Counted from the first letter of the stretch, positions 49,563 through 60,475 are shown. The stretch: DNA of 64,000 nucleotides from Novosphingobium sp. (GCA_046063245.1 JBJTLX010000212.1:389-64388); one strand, 5' to 3'. The notes: generated from the letters alone by a model not told the origin. Numbers and translations are program-made.

Positions 49563-49780
49563 CATCGGCCTGATTTCAGCCCGCCGGAACCCGCGTGATG
49601 CGGGCGGCGGCGGAATGCGGCGACTTGGCCCCAGGTCTGTGCGACTGCGCCGCTCGACGATGAAACCGTCAAGGAGATCGGCAAGCCTGCGCGTAGCGTC
49701 GCCACCATCTGCGCCAATTGCAGGGCCGGCTGCACCCTCCGCGCCGAGATACGCAATGATCGCGTACTTGTGTCCCTGGA
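49553..49780 (+). pseudogene. Decayed fragment of formate dehydrogenase alpha subunit (FdsA/FdhF-like)
   Basis: Hand translation: QVCATAPLDDETVKEIGKPARSVATICANCRAGCTLRAE (CxxCxxxC at 49710-49733); GFD..ISA upstream in another frame. Confidence 0.6.
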
Positions 49781-49935
49781 ACAGGCCGCCCGGACGATCG
49801 CGGGTACCCTTGTCTCCTCGAAAGTTGACCGCCGGCTCTTAGGATCGGCCAAGAGAATCCCTTTGCCCCCGCCCGCCGCATGTGGGATCAATTGCGAAAC
49901 GGGACTGAATCCGGCTTTGCCCGAATTGGGAGAGA

Positions 49936-51672
49936 ATGGCTGTGGCGCACTATGATCTGATCATTCGCGGCGGGACCATGCATGACGGGACCGGCGCCGC
50001 GCCGCGGCGCTGCGATGTCGCGGTCAAGGACGGCAAGATCGCTGCCCTGGGTGACATCGATGCCGGGGCCGATCAGGTGATCGACGCCCAGGGGATGATC
50101 GTCACCCCCGGCTTCGTCGACGTGCACACCCATTTCGATGGTCAGGTGACCTGGGAAAGCCGCCTCTCGCCCTCGTCGGGCCACGGCGTGACGACGGCAG
50201 TGATGGGCAATTGCGGGGTCGGTTTTGCGCCTTGCCGCCCGGCTGAGCGCGATACCCTGGTCAAGCTGATGGAAGGGATCGAGGATATCCCCGAAGTGGT
50301 CATGGTCGAAGGTTTGCCGTGGAACTGGGAGACTTTCCCCGAATATCTCGACGCGCTCGACCAGCGCGAACTCGACATCGATATTGCCGCGCAGATCCCG
50401 CATTCGGCGCTGCGGGTCTATGTCATGGGCGACCGGGCGGCACGCAAGGAAGCGCCGACTGCCGAGGATCTTGCCGCCATGCGCAGTCTGGTGGCTGAAG
50501 GGATCGCGGCAGGCGCCTTTGGCGTCACCACATCGCGCAACGTCATGCACCGCACGAAGGCCGGCGATCTGGCCCCCAGCCTCTATTCCGACGTGGACGA
50601 GCTTTGCGCCCTGGCGGGCGGACTGACCGACGCGAACGGCGGCGTGTTCCAGATCATCCCCGCGCCGATGGAACCAGCCGAGACCGAATTTCCGATCCTG
50701 CGCCAGGTGGCCGAGCAATCGGGCCGTCCGCTCTCCTTCACCTTACTCGACGTACCGAACCAGCCCGGTGACGGCTGGCGCTATCACATGAAGGGGCTGG
50801 AGCAGGCAGCCGCGGACGGGCTTGAAATGCGCGGGCAGGTTGCGCCGCGGCCGGTGGGCATGTTCTTCGGGCTGGACCTGTCGGTCCACCACTTCAGCCG
50901 CCATCCGGGCTACAAGGCCATTGCGCATTTGCCCTTGGCCGAGCGGGTGGCGATCATGCGCGACCCTGCCTTCCGCGAAAGGCTGCTTGCCGAACAGCCC
51001 GATGATTCCAATCCCACCACGCTGATGCTGATCGCCGCATTTCGCGCAGCCTATCAGTGGCAGGACAGCCCGAACTACGAACCGGACAAGCAGGACCGCG
51101 TTGACGCCCGCGCCGAAGCGGCGGGACGGTCGCTGGACGCCTATGCCTATGACGCCCTGCTTGCCGGCGATGGGCACGCAGTCTTCTACCTGCCCGCAGC
51201 CAATTACACGCAGGGCAATCTGAAGTCCGTTCGCGAGATGCTAGGCAGCCCGCATACCGTCATGGCGCTCGCCGATGGCGGGGCCCATTATGGCCTGATC
51301 TGCGATGCCAGCTTCCCGGTCTATTACCTCCAGCGCTGGTCGCGCGATGCCGCGGCGGACGAACGGATCGACTTGCCCGAAGCGATTGCCGAACTGACCA
51401 GCCGCCCGGCGGCGCTGATCGGGATGACCGACCGCGGGCGGATTGCGCCGGGCATGAAGGCCGATCTCAATGTCATCGACCTCGATCGGCTGGCGCTCCA
51501 CGTCCCCACGATCCAGTACGATCTGCCGGCCGGCGGCAAGCGCATGCATCAGCGCGCCGAAGGTATCGTCGCGACGGTGGTGTCCGGCAAGGTGACCTAT
51601 CGCGACGGGGTCCACACCGGGGCGCTGCCCGGGCGGCTGGTCCGGCGCGGGGGCCAGGCTGCCGCTGCGTGA
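49936..51672 (+). CDS. N-acyl-D-amino-acid deacylase family amidohydrolase
   Basis: PGFVDVHTHFD, MGNCGVGFAP, ADGGAH and DRGRIAPGMKADLNVID motifs. Confidence 0.92.
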   Translation: MAVAHYDLIIRGGTMHDGTGAAPRRCDVAVKDGKIAALGDIDAGADQVIDAQGMIVTPGFVDVHTHFDGQVTWESRLSPSSGHGVTTAVMGNCGVGFAPCRPAERDTLVKLMEGIEDIPEVVMVEGLPWNWETFPEYLDALDQRELDIDIAAQIPHSALRVYVMGDRAARKEAPTAEDLAAMRSLVAEGIAAGAFGVTTSRNVMHRTKAGDLAPSLYSDVDELCALAGGLTDANGGVFQIIPAPMEPAETEFPILRQVAEQSGRPLSFTLLDVPNQPGDGWRYHMKGLEQAAADGLEMRGQVAPRPVGMFFGLDLSVHHFSRHPGYKAIAHLPLAERVAIMRDPAFRERLLAEQPDDSNPTTLMLIAAFRAAYQWQDSPNYEPDKQDRVDARAEAAGRSLDAYAYDALLAGDGHAVFYLPAANYTQGNLKSVREMLGSPHTVMALADGGAHYGLICDASFPVYYLQRWSRDAAADERIDLPEAIAELTSRPAALIGMTDRGRIAPGMKADLNVIDLDRLALHVPTIQYDLPAGGKRMHQRAEGIVATVVSGKVTYRDGVHTGALPGRLVRRGGQAAAA

Positions 51673-51950
51673 GCCGGGGGGCAGAGCTCGCACCCTGACG
51701 AAGGAGCCACGATGGCCGTTCCGTTGAAGCGCACCTTTGTACCGGCGGCGGAGACCGGGGGCCGACGTACGTCAGACGACAGCCGGCAGTTTGCTGTCGG
51801 GCGATCCGGGGACACCGTCCGGGCACGTTTTTTGCCTGCCGGTGGAGCGAGGGCGCTACCAGGCAATGCGGTCGATCGCGCCGCGCGGGCAGATCAGTGG
51901 GGGACTTTGCCGATGCCCCGGGCAGCGGCATCCGGCCGGGATCTGCGATC

Positions 51951-52180
51951 ATGAGCGAGACGAATAACGGTTTCGCAAGATTCCCGGCACAAGCGGACGC
52001 TATGTCCCGACCGACTGGCGCGGCTATGCCGCAATGATGGTCTGTGTTGCCGCTCCGCTCGCCGCGACCTTTCTCGCCATGGCGATCAGACCCTGGTTGG
52101 CGCTTGTCGCAGGCCCTGTAGCCATGATCGGCGCCATGTGGTGGCTGTTCGCAGTCGTATCAAAACGGGCGGAACCCTAG
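51951..52180 (+). pseudogene. Small two-TM membrane protein with an apparent 1-nt deletion near 51968
   Basis: MSETNN, then in a shifted frame FRKIPGTSGRYVPTDWRGY and two hydrophobic helices to TAG 52180. Confidence 0.4.
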
Positions 52181-52265
52181 GCAGCAAACGCGCGTCAGCG
52201 CCCACGTTGGTCATCGCGCCGAAATGTTCGGCAAGGCCGCGTCGCGTGACGGGCCGCGCGCTGCT

Positions 52266-52682
52266 CTATGCAGCCGCGCCGCCGCGCTTGGCTTCGAAGG
52301 CGGCGTTGAACGACGCCGGGTCGAAGTAGTACGGCTTGATTTCGCAGCACTTGCCGTCGCGGAAGCGGAACAGCTCGCATAGTTCGGCGGGGGCTAGCGC
52401 CGGATCGGCGAAGCGGAATGAGAGGATGCACACGGCGTAATCGCCGCCGACGGTGGTCTGGACCCGGTCGAGCCCGGCGACGTCGACCATGCCCATCACC
52501 TCGATGAACAGGTCGCGCAGCGCGTATTTGCCGCGATAGGTGCCGGCCATCGGCAACGGATCGGCTTCGGTGATGAAGAAATCGTCGGTCAGCATGTCCG
52601 CCGCCTTGTCCCAGTCGCCGACCGCGGTCGAGGCATAGAGATCGTCGACGAACTGTTCGATTTGCTGCGGCGTCATGGCCAT
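52266..52682 (-). CDS. NTF2/SnoaL-like protein
   Basis: LPMAGTYRG and ELFRFRDGK..EIKPYYFD motifs; GGGAGA RBS. Confidence 0.85.
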   Translation of the reverse strand: MAMTPQQIEQFVDDLYASTAVGDWDKAADMLTDDFFITEADPLPMAGTYRGKYALRDLFIEVMGMVDVAGLDRVQTTVGGDYAVCILSFRFADPALAPAELCELFRFRDGKCCEIKPYYFDPASFNAAFEAKRGGAAA

Positions 52683-52788
52683 TGTTCTTCTCCCTCGGGT
52701 CGGTACGGTGATGCGGTCAAAGTGCCGCCGGCGGAACCTAGCGCTATGGCTAGCCGAGAAGCCGGGGCAGGGGGGCTAAGGGAGGACC

Positions 52789-53796
52789 ATGACCACAACG
52801 CGCCAGATCCTCCTCGTCCGCCGTCCCACCGGCATTCCCGTGCCCGGCGACTTTGCCCTTGCCGAAGCGCCGATGCCGGTGCCGGGCGCAGGCGAAATCC
52901 TGGTCAGGATGCGGGTCGGATCGGTCGATCCGGCGATCCGCGGCTTCCTGGACGACCGGCCGAGCTATCTGCCCCCGGTGGCGCTGGGTGCGCCGATCAA
53001 CGGCATGTCGCTGGGCGAAGTGGTCGAATCGAACAACCCCGCCTATCCGGTCGGCACCCTGGTGCGCGCTTTTGCCACCTGGTCGGATCACTACGTCATC
53101 GGCGCCGACGCGCTCGGGCTCGAAGTTGTTAAGCCCCAGCCGGGGACCGAACTGCATCACTACATGGGCGCGCTCGGCCCGGTCGGTCTGACCGCCAGGG
53201 TCGGGCTGTTCGCGGTGGGTGAGGCCAAGCCGGGCGAGACCGTGGTGGTCAGCGCGGCGGCCGGGGCAACCGGATCGACCGTGGTCCAGATCGCCAAGGC
53301 GCGCGGCTGCCGGGTGATCGGGCTGGTTGGCTCGGCCGACAAGGCCCAGGTGATCCGCGATCTTGGCGCCGATGCCGCGATCGACTATCGCGCCACCCCG
53401 GACATTGCCGCCGAAATCGCCAAGGCCGCGCCCGACGGGGTCGACGTCTATTTCGACAACGTCGGCGGCGAAACGCTCGAGGCGATCCTGCCGCTGATGC
53501 GGCTGCACGGCCGGGTCGCGGTGTGCGGGATGATCGGGCAGTACAACGATGCCGATCACCCGCACGGGGTGAAGACGCTGTGGCAGCTGGTGGTCAACCG
53601 GCTCAAGGTCCAGGGCTTCATCACCTATGACTACATGCCCGTGCTGGACGAAGCGCAGCGCGAGCTCGACGGCTGGGTGGCTTCGGGCCAGCTCAAGCCG
53701 CTCGCCAATGTCCGCGACGGGTTCGAGAAGCTGCCCGAAGCCTTCATCGACCTGATGAGCGGCAAGACCATCGGCAAGACGATCGTGCGGATTTGA
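52789..53796 (+). CDS. NADP-dependent MDR oxidoreductase (prostaglandin-reductase/ene-reductase-like)
   Basis: SVDPAIRG, VSAAAGATG, YFDNVGG and CGMIGQYN motifs. Confidence 0.92.
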   Translation: MTTTRQILLVRRPTGIPVPGDFALAEAPMPVPGAGEILVRMRVGSVDPAIRGFLDDRPSYLPPVALGAPINGMSLGEVVESNNPAYPVGTLVRAFATWSDHYVIGADALGLEVVKPQPGTELHHYMGALGPVGLTARVGLFAVGEAKPGETVVVSAAAGATGSTVVQIAKARGCRVIGLVGSADKAQVIRDLGADAAIDYRATPDIAAEIAKAAPDGVDVYFDNVGGETLEAILPLMRLHGRVAVCGMIGQYNDADHPHGVKTLWQLVVNRLKVQGFITYDYMPVLDEAQRELDGWVASGQLKPLANVRDGFEKLPEAFIDLMSGKTIGKTIVRI

Positions 53797-54548
53797 CGCA
53801 GGTGGGCCGGCTGGATGGCAAACGCGCCCTGGTAACCGGCGGCGCATCCGGGCTGGGGGCGGCAATTGCGCGGCGCTACGTTGCCGAGGGCGCGCAGGTC
53901 GTCATCGCCGACATCGACGTGACCGGCGGCGAGGCGCTTGCCGCCGAACTGGGAACGGCGGCGCGGTTCGTCCGGCTCGACGTCGCCGATGAAGGCAGCT
54001 GGCTCGCTGCGCTCGGCACCTGCGATGCGCTCGACGTGCTGGTCAACAACGCCGGGATCACCACGCTGGGCAGCATCGAGGAGGTGACCCTGGCGCAGTT
54101 CATGCACGAGATCGAGATCGACGTGGTCGGGGTGTTCCTCGGCTGCAAGCACGTCATCCCGGTCATGCGCCAGGCCGGCGGCGGATCGATCATCAACATG
54201 TCGTCGATGACCGGGGTGCGGGCGCAGGGCAATCTCGCCGCCTACAACGCGGCCAAGGCGGCGGTGACTCACCTGACCAAAAGCTGCGCGCTGCACTATG
54301 CCCAGCAGGGTTATGGGATCCGCTGCAATTCGATCCATCCTGGCGCGATCCACACCCCGATTCTCGACAAGGTGCTGGCCCAGTCGGCCGATCCGCAGGC
54401 GCTTTACGCTTCGTGGGTCGCAACCCATCCGCTTGGCCGGCTCGGCCTGCCCGAGGAGATCGCGGCGATCGCGGTCTATCTCGCCAGCGACGAATCGGCC
54501 TTTGCCACCGGGGCCGAATTCCGCATCGACGGCGGATCGACGCTGTGA
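53793..54548 (+). CDS. SDR oxidoreductase (hydroxysteroid/cyclic alcohol dehydrogenase-like)
   Basis: TGGASGLG, NNAG, YNAAK and IRCNSIHPG motifs. Confidence 0.92.
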   Translation: MTQVGRLDGKRALVTGGASGLGAAIARRYVAEGAQVVIADIDVTGGEALAAELGTAARFVRLDVADEGSWLAALGTCDALDVLVNNAGITTLGSIEEVTLAQFMHEIEIDVVGVFLGCKHVIPVMRQAGGGSIINMSSMTGVRAQGNLAAYNAAKAAVTHLTKSCALHYAQQGYGIRCNSIHPGAIHTPILDKVLAQSADPQALYASWVATHPLGRLGLPEEIAAIAVYLASDESAFATGAEFRIDGGSTL

Positions 54549-55075
54549 CTGCGCTGCCGGTCCGTCAGATCGCCTATTTCTGCGCCGATGTCCGCGCCGC
54601 GGCGCTGGCCCATCACGCCGCTTTCGGCTCCGGGCCCTATTTCATCGCCGATCACGTGCCCTTGTCACAGTCGGTGCATCGCGGCATCGAACAGCCGTTC
54701 GATCACAGCTCGGCCTACGGCCAGTGGGGCGATGTGATGATCGAGTTCGTGCAGCAGAACAACGCGGAGCCGTCGGCGTTTCGCGACCTCTATCCGGCGG
54801 GCTCGGATCGCTGGGGGCTGCACCACGTGGCGATCTGGGTCGACGACGTCGATGCCGAAATCGCCCGACTGGGTGCTGCCGGCATGCCGCTGGCGCAGCG
54901 TTCGGTCATGCTTGACGGCTTCGTCTTTGCCTTCGTCGATGCGAGCGCGGTCTATGGCCACATGATCGAGCTTTATGCGCCGGTCCCGGTGCTGACCGAC
55001 TTCTATGCGATGGTTGCCGATGCCGCGCGGGCGTGGCAAGGCGGCGACGTTCTGATCCCCATTGCAATGGCGTAG
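54545..55075 (+). CDS. VOC family (methylmalonyl-CoA epimerase-like) protein
   Basis: RQIAY, IEFVQQ, GLHHVA and GHMIEL motifs; GTGA overlap. Confidence 0.85.
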   Translation: MTALPVRQIAYFCADVRAAALAHHAAFGSGPYFIADHVPLSQSVHRGIEQPFDHSSAYGQWGDVMIEFVQQNNAEPSAFRDLYPAGSDRWGLHHVAIWVDDVDAEIARLGAAGMPLAQRSVMLDGFVFAFVDASAVYGHMIELYAPVPVLTDFYAMVADAARAWQGGDVLIPIAMA

Positions 55076-55080
55076 GCGCG

Positions 55081-55431
55081 ATGAGCGAAACCTGGCATTC
55101 CCTGATCGCCGAGGGCGATTTTCCCGAGGAGGGCAAGCTGGCTGCCAAGGTGGGCGGCTGGTACGTGCTCGTCGCCCGGACCGATGACGGCTTCTCCGCA
55201 GTCAACGATCGCTGCACCCACCAGGCCTCGCTGCTGTCGGGCGGGCGGATCCGCCGCGGCGCGGTGATGTGCCCGCTGCACGGCGCCCGTTTCGAGGTGG
55301 CGACGGGGCGCTGCCTGGGCGGGACCTACGCCGATCTCAGGACCTTTCCGCTGCGCAGCGTCGACGGGATGATCGAAGTGGCGGTGCCGACCGATCCGCC
55401 GGGCATGGAAGAGCTGCCCGTCATCCTCTAA
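55081..55431 (+). CDS. Rieske [2Fe-2S] ferredoxin
   Basis: CTH...CPLHGARF motifs. Confidence 0.92.
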   Translation: MSETWHSLIAEGDFPEEGKLAAKVGGWYVLVARTDDGFSAVNDRCTHQASLLSGGRIRRGAVMCPLHGARFEVATGRCLGGTYADLRTFPLRSVDGMIEVAVPTDPPGMEELPVIL

Positions 55432-55510
55432 GCCCCTCTTACTAGCCACAGGTTCGCTGCCGCTTGCGCGCGGCTAGGCTCCCTTGGAGAACAATCCTGG
55501 GAGATGACTG

Positions 55511-55939
55511 ATGCCTTTCGTCGGACCTGCCGAAGACCGCCTTGCCATCCGTGAGCTGCTTGAGACTTACGCCGATGCGGTAACCCGGCGCGACGCCGCG
55601 GCCTGGGGCGCGACCTGGGCGGCGGACGGCGAATGGTCGCTGCCCGACTATCCCGAGATCGGTACGACGGTCGGGCGCGCGGCGATCGTCGCGATGTGGA
55701 CCGAGGCGATGAAGGCCTATCCCGGGATCATGTTCGAAGCCTGGCCCGGCTCGATCGAGATCGACGGCGCCCACGCGGTGATGCGCAGCTACACGGCTGA
55801 GGTCTATGACCAGGACGGCGTCACGATGCGCGACCGCGGGGTCTACGAGGACACCTGCGTCAAGGTGGACGGGCGCTGGCTGTTCAAAAGCCGCAGCTTC
55901 CGCAACATCCACCGCCAGCACGCGCCCAAGGGTTGCTAG
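55511..55939 (+). CDS. NTF2/SnoaL_4 family protein
   Basis: DRLAIRELL..YADAV and GVYED..VKVDGRWLF motifs. Confidence 0.88.
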   Translation: MPFVGPAEDRLAIRELLETYADAVTRRDAAAWGATWAADGEWSLPDYPEIGTTVGRAAIVAMWTEAMKAYPGIMFEAWPGSIEIDGAHAVMRSYTAEVYDQDGVTMRDRGVYEDTCVKVDGRWLFKSRSFRNIHRQHAPKGC

Positions 55940-56129
55940 CAAAAAGCATAGGTCGGCGGCCGACTATCAAATGCACCAGTAGGGGTAGCGGGCTGGCCGG
56001 ATTACCAGTTCGATCAGTTCTGCAACACGCTTTTTTCGGCGCGGAAATTTCCGGCCGGGGCACGTCGGCGTTCGGGTGCGAAAGACGATCTTTCGCGATT
56101 TGGGTGTCTGGCATTCGAGGGGAGATGAC

Positions 56130-58544
56130 ATGACCGGCAATTCGACATCGCAACATCTGGTGGGCCGCAGTCTGCGCCTGGCGCTGCTTTCGGCAAGCTG
56201 CCTGATCGCCACGCCGGCACTGGCGCAGTCCGCCGCTCCGGCCGATGCCGCCCCCGCCGCCGATGAGCCGCAGGCCGGGCTTGAGCAGATCACCGTCACC
56301 GCGCGCAAGCGCGTCGAGAACGTCCAGGACGTGCCGATCGCGGTCAGCGCGATTACCGGCGAATCGCTTGAGAACCGCTATGTTCCCGACGTCCGCGCGG
56401 TTGCCAAATACATCCCCAACGTCCAGCTCGGCCAGGTCCAGTTCTCGGGCGCGACGCTGTCGGCCTCGATCCGCGGCCTGACCTTTGCCGACATCGAGCG
56501 GTCGTTCGAACCGGCGGTCGCCACCTCGATCGACGGGGTCTTCCTCGCCTCGAACACCGGCGCACTGGTCGATCTGTTCGATGTCGGCTCGATCGAAGTG
56601 CTGCGCGGCCCGCAGGGGACGCTGTTCGGCCGCAACACGATCGGCGGGATCATCAAGGTCGAGCGGACCCGCCCGACCGGCGAGCTGGGTGCCAAGCTCT
56701 CGGCCACGGTGGGCTCTTACGGTCGCCACGATTTCAAGGCCGTGCTCAACGCGCCGATCGTCAAGGATGTCCTGGCGCTGAAGGTCGGCGTGTTCTCGAT
56801 CAACAGCCACAGCTTCACTTACAACTACGCCTCGGGCAAGGCCGACCCCGGCCTTGACCGGCTCGGCTTTACCGGCACGCTGCTGTTCACTCCGACCGAC
56901 AAGTTCGAAGCGCTGTTCACCTATGAGCATCTGCGCGATCGTTCGCACTATCCGCAGCTGGTCAACCAGTCGCTGCCGGGCTCGGTGGCGTGCGATATCG
57001 ATCCCAACAATGCCGCCGGTTTCCACCTTTGCTTCAATGCGCCGCTGCCGGGTGCCGCGGCCAACAGCCCGACGCTGCAGCAGCTCTACGAACAGAGCGG
57101 GTACCGGGCCAGCTTCACCGACGTTCCGTTCTCGGTGCCGCTCGATGCCAACAACTACACGCTCAACATGAAGTACAAGGGTGAGAACTTCAACATCACC
57201 TCGGTGACCGGCCTGTGGTCGAACAAGGACGCGCTGGACATCGACAACATCGGCCATGCGATTGCGCCGGATACCGCGCTGTTCCACCCGGTCCGCCGCC
57301 TGCATGGCAAGCAGTTCAGCCAGGAATTGCGGCTGGATACCGAATTCGACGGGTTGTTCAACATCGTCGCCGGTCTCTACTATTTCGACGCGAGCTATGA
57401 GCTCGATATTCAGAACGTGTATCTTGCCGGCGGCGTCGCCAATCCCGGCTTGCTCGTCGATACGTTCAGCGCCGGCCAGAAGGTCAAGTCTTACGCGGCT
57501 TTCGCCGAAACCTATTGGAAGCTGGGCGAATCCACCCGGTTGACGCTGGGCGGACGTTACACCCACGAAACCAAGGACTTCCACGTCGTCAAGCCGGAGC
57601 CGTTCACCACGCCCGGCTACCAGTGCCCCGATCCGACCTCGACCTATGCACCCTGCGCCAACCCGCACCTTGCGTTCAACCGGTTCACCCCGCGCGTTTC
57701 GCTTGACCAGAAGTTCGGCGACAACGTCATGGTTTACGCGTCCTGGGCACGCGGGTTCCGTTCGGGCGGCTGGAACGGCCGGCCGGGTTCGCTGCCGCAG
57801 ACGATCGGCCCGTACCAGCCGGAATCGGTCGACAGCTATGAACTGGGCCTGCGCAGCAAGTTCGACGACAATCGGGCGCTGTTCAACCTGACGGTGTTCC
57901 AGACCGACTAAAACAACAAGCAGGAAGACTCGATCACGTCCAACCCGCTCAATCCGGTGTCGACGATCACGGCTGTGGTCAATGCGTCCAAGGCCCGGTT
58001 CCGCGGGGTCGAGGCCGAGGCCCAGTACAAGCCGAATGCCGATCTCCACTTCTTCGCGTCGGCGGGCTATCTCTGGGGCAAGTACCTCAGCTTCCCGGGT
58101 CTTGGCCCTGACGGTTCGGACGCCGACAACCTGCCGGATGTGATCGACCTGCGCCCGATCAAGAACCTGCGCTATGCGCCCAAGTGGAACTTCAGCCTGG
58201 GCGGCGAGTACACCATCCCGGTGGGCTCGGGCGACAATCACTTCGTGCTGGGCGCCAACGTCAAGTATCTCGACAAGTACGCGACCGAGGCGAACAAGGA
58301 CACCGACGGACCGATCTATATCGGCTATGCCCGCGAAATCATTCCGGCGCACACCTCCGTCGATGCTTCGCTGAGCTATTTCGGCGAGTTCGAAGGGGCG
58401 AGCAAGTACAAGATCTCGGCCTTCGTCAACGATGCCTTCCATGGCGGCGGGCGGATCGTCCGTTCGAGCCAGGCCGGGCCGTTCTGGTTCAGCGACCGCA
58501 TCCCCAACCGCACCTGGGGCGTGGAAGTGCAACTCGACTTCTGA
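56130..58544 (+). pseudogene. TonB-dependent receptor interrupted by an in-frame TAA at 57909-57911
   Basis: ITVTARKR and EVLRGPQGTLFGRN; both ORF pieces share a frame; ...QTD*NNKQE where Tyr is expected; C-terminal F. Confidence 0.85.
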
Positions 58545-58609
58545 TCTGGGCCCGGGCCGGACGCGATCCTGGGGAGGAAGCCCGGCCCGGGTACAGACGG
58601 AAAATACGG

Positions 58610-58642
58610 AGTGCGGCGGCCTGGCGGCTGCCGCACTTTTTT
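58610..58642 (+). terminator. Rho-independent terminator
   Basis: agtgcggcggcc/ggctgccgcact stem followed by a T-run. Confidence 0.75.
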
Positions 58643-58657
58643 GTCAGGAGTGCGGAC

Positions 58658-59674
58658 ATGGCGGGTGCAATGAATCGTTTCTGGCGGCTTGACCGCCATC
58701 CCCAGGGCAGTGACTTTGCCGCCGCGCTCAGCCTGCAAGCGGAACCGCTTGCACCGCTGGCCGAGGGCGAGGTCCGGCTGCGCGCCGACTGGCTGTCGAT
58801 GGACGCGGGCACGCGGATGTGGATGGGCACCCGCACCGATGGCTACCAGCCGCCGCTGCCGCTGGGTTCGCCGATGGTCGGGCTGGCGCTGGGCTGCGTG
58901 ACTGAAAGCCGCGATGCGCGCTTTGCCGTGGGCACGCTGGTGCGCGGTTTCGGGCAATGGGCCGACTTTTCGACCGTGCTGCCCGACCTTGCGGGACTTG
59001 AGGCGGTTGATCCCGATCTGGCCGATCCGCGTGAGCATTTCGGCGCGCTGGGGATGAACGCCTGGACCGCGCTGGTCGGGGTGCAGGAAGTCGCCCGGGT
59101 CCAGCCGGGCGAATGGCTGGTGGTTTCGGCCGCGGCGGGGGCGACCGGCAGCCTGGCCTGCCAGGTCGGGCGCAACCTTGGCGCGCGGGTGATCGGCATT
59201 GCTGGCGGCGCGGAGAAGTGCCGCTTCCTGCGTGAGGACCTGGGGGTCGAGGTCGCGATCGATTACCGCGGCCAGGACGTTGCCGCCGAGCTCGCCCGGA
59301 TCGAGGGCGGGGTGAACGCCTATTTCGACAACGTCGGCAGCCCCCTGCTCGATGCGGTGCTGCCCAACATGGCGCATTACGGGCGGGTCGCGGTGTGCGG
59401 CATGGTCGCAGCCTATGACAGCGACGTGCCGCTGCCGGGTCCGGCGCGGTTCGACCAGGTGCTGATGCGGCGGCTGCGGATCGAAGGCTTCTTCATCCCC
59501 GATTTCCTCCACCGCGGCGCCGAGTTCCTGCCGCAGCTGCGCGCCTGGCACGACGCCGGCACGCTGCGGATGCGCTTCACCCAGACCGTGGGGATCGAAA
59601 ACGTGCTGACCGCCTATGCCGGGATGCTGGGCGGGGCGAGCACCGGCAAGGTCGTGGTCAAGGTTTCGGATTGA
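58658..59674 (+). CDS. NADP-dependent MDR oxidoreductase (paralog)
   Basis: SMDAGTRMW, VSAAAGATG, YFDNVG and CGMVAAY motifs. Confidence 0.9.
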   Translation: MAGAMNRFWRLDRHPQGSDFAAALSLQAEPLAPLAEGEVRLRADWLSMDAGTRMWMGTRTDGYQPPLPLGSPMVGLALGCVTESRDARFAVGTLVRGFGQWADFSTVLPDLAGLEAVDPDLADPREHFGALGMNAWTALVGVQEVARVQPGEWLVVSAAAGATGSLACQVGRNLGARVIGIAGGAEKCRFLREDLGVEVAIDYRGQDVAAELARIEGGVNAYFDNVGSPLLDAVLPNMAHYGRVAVCGMVAAYDSDVPLPGPARFDQVLMRRLRIEGFFIPDFLHRGAEFLPQLRAWHDAGTLRMRFTQTVGIENVLTAYAGMLGGASTGKVVVKVSD

Positions 59675-60465
59675 TGCCGATCATCCACCACCGCGCCCCG
59701 CTGCAATGCCTGGTCGCGGTGCGCGGTCACCCGTTCGATCGCAGTGCCTTCGCCGCGCTGTTCGATGGCATGGCGGGCATTTCGGCGACGATGGTCGATC
59801 AGCCCGCGGCGGCACGGCTGATGAACCCCGACGGAATGCGCGGGTTCGACGTGCTGGTGCTTTACGACATGCCCGGACTCGATTTCGAGGCGGGCGAGGG
59901 GGCCCCGGCCTATCTCGATCCGCCCGACGACCTGCGCGCCGGGTTCAGGGCCTTGCTTGAGCAGGGCACCGGGGTGGTGGCGCTGCATCACGCGCTGGCC
60001 GGGTGGCCGACGTGGCGCGACTATCACGACTGGCTTGGCGGGCAGTTCCTCTACCATCCGGGCGAGGCCGGCGGCGCGGCGATGCCCGACAGCGGCTATT
60101 GCCACGAGGTGACCCACACCGTCGAGGTGCTATCCGGCCACCCGGTGACCGCCGGACTGCCGCCCAGCTTCGAACTGACCGACGAGCTCTATCTCTGTCC
60201 GATCTTCCCGGCGGATGCGACCCCGCTGCTGCGTTCCTCCGCGCCGTTCACCCGCGACCATTTCTGGTCGGCAGACCTGGCCGTGCGCGGGCGGATGCAC
60301 GCGCGTGAAGGGTGGGATCATCCGCCCGGGTCCAACCTGATCGGCTGGGCCCGGCATGCGCTGGCCAGCCGGCTGGTCTATCTCCAGCCCGGCGACGGCC
60401 CTTCGGCCTACGACAACCCGCACTACCGCCGTCTGGTGGAGAACGCGATCCGCTGGGTCGCCTGA
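59674..60465 (+). CDS. ThuA-like (class I GATase-fold) protein
   Basis: VLVLYD, VALHHA, HPVTAGL..FELTDELY, YLQPG and NAIRW motifs. Confidence 0.8.
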   Translation: MPIIHHRAPLQCLVAVRGHPFDRSAFAALFDGMAGISATMVDQPAAARLMNPDGMRGFDVLVLYDMPGLDFEAGEGAPAYLDPPDDLRAGFRALLEQGTGVVALHHALAGWPTWRDYHDWLGGQFLYHPGEAGGAAMPDSGYCHEVTHTVEVLSGHPVTAGLPPSFELTDELYLCPIFPADATPLLRSSAPFTRDHFWSADLAVRGRMHAREGWDHPPGSNLIGWARHALASRLVYLQPGDGPSAYDNPHYRRLVENAIRWVA

Positions 60466-60475
60466 CCGCGCGCGA

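Noticed and set aside
57909-57911. Programmed readthrough or selenocysteine at the TBDR stop
   Set aside because: The codon is TAA, not TGA or TAG, and the expected residue is Tyr
55884-58532. 882-aa minus-strand ORF, and similar long antisense ORFs (61412-63772, 37860-39506, 27782-29431)
   Set aside because: Shadow frames of high-GC genes that have clear motifs on the opposite strand; no recognisable domains
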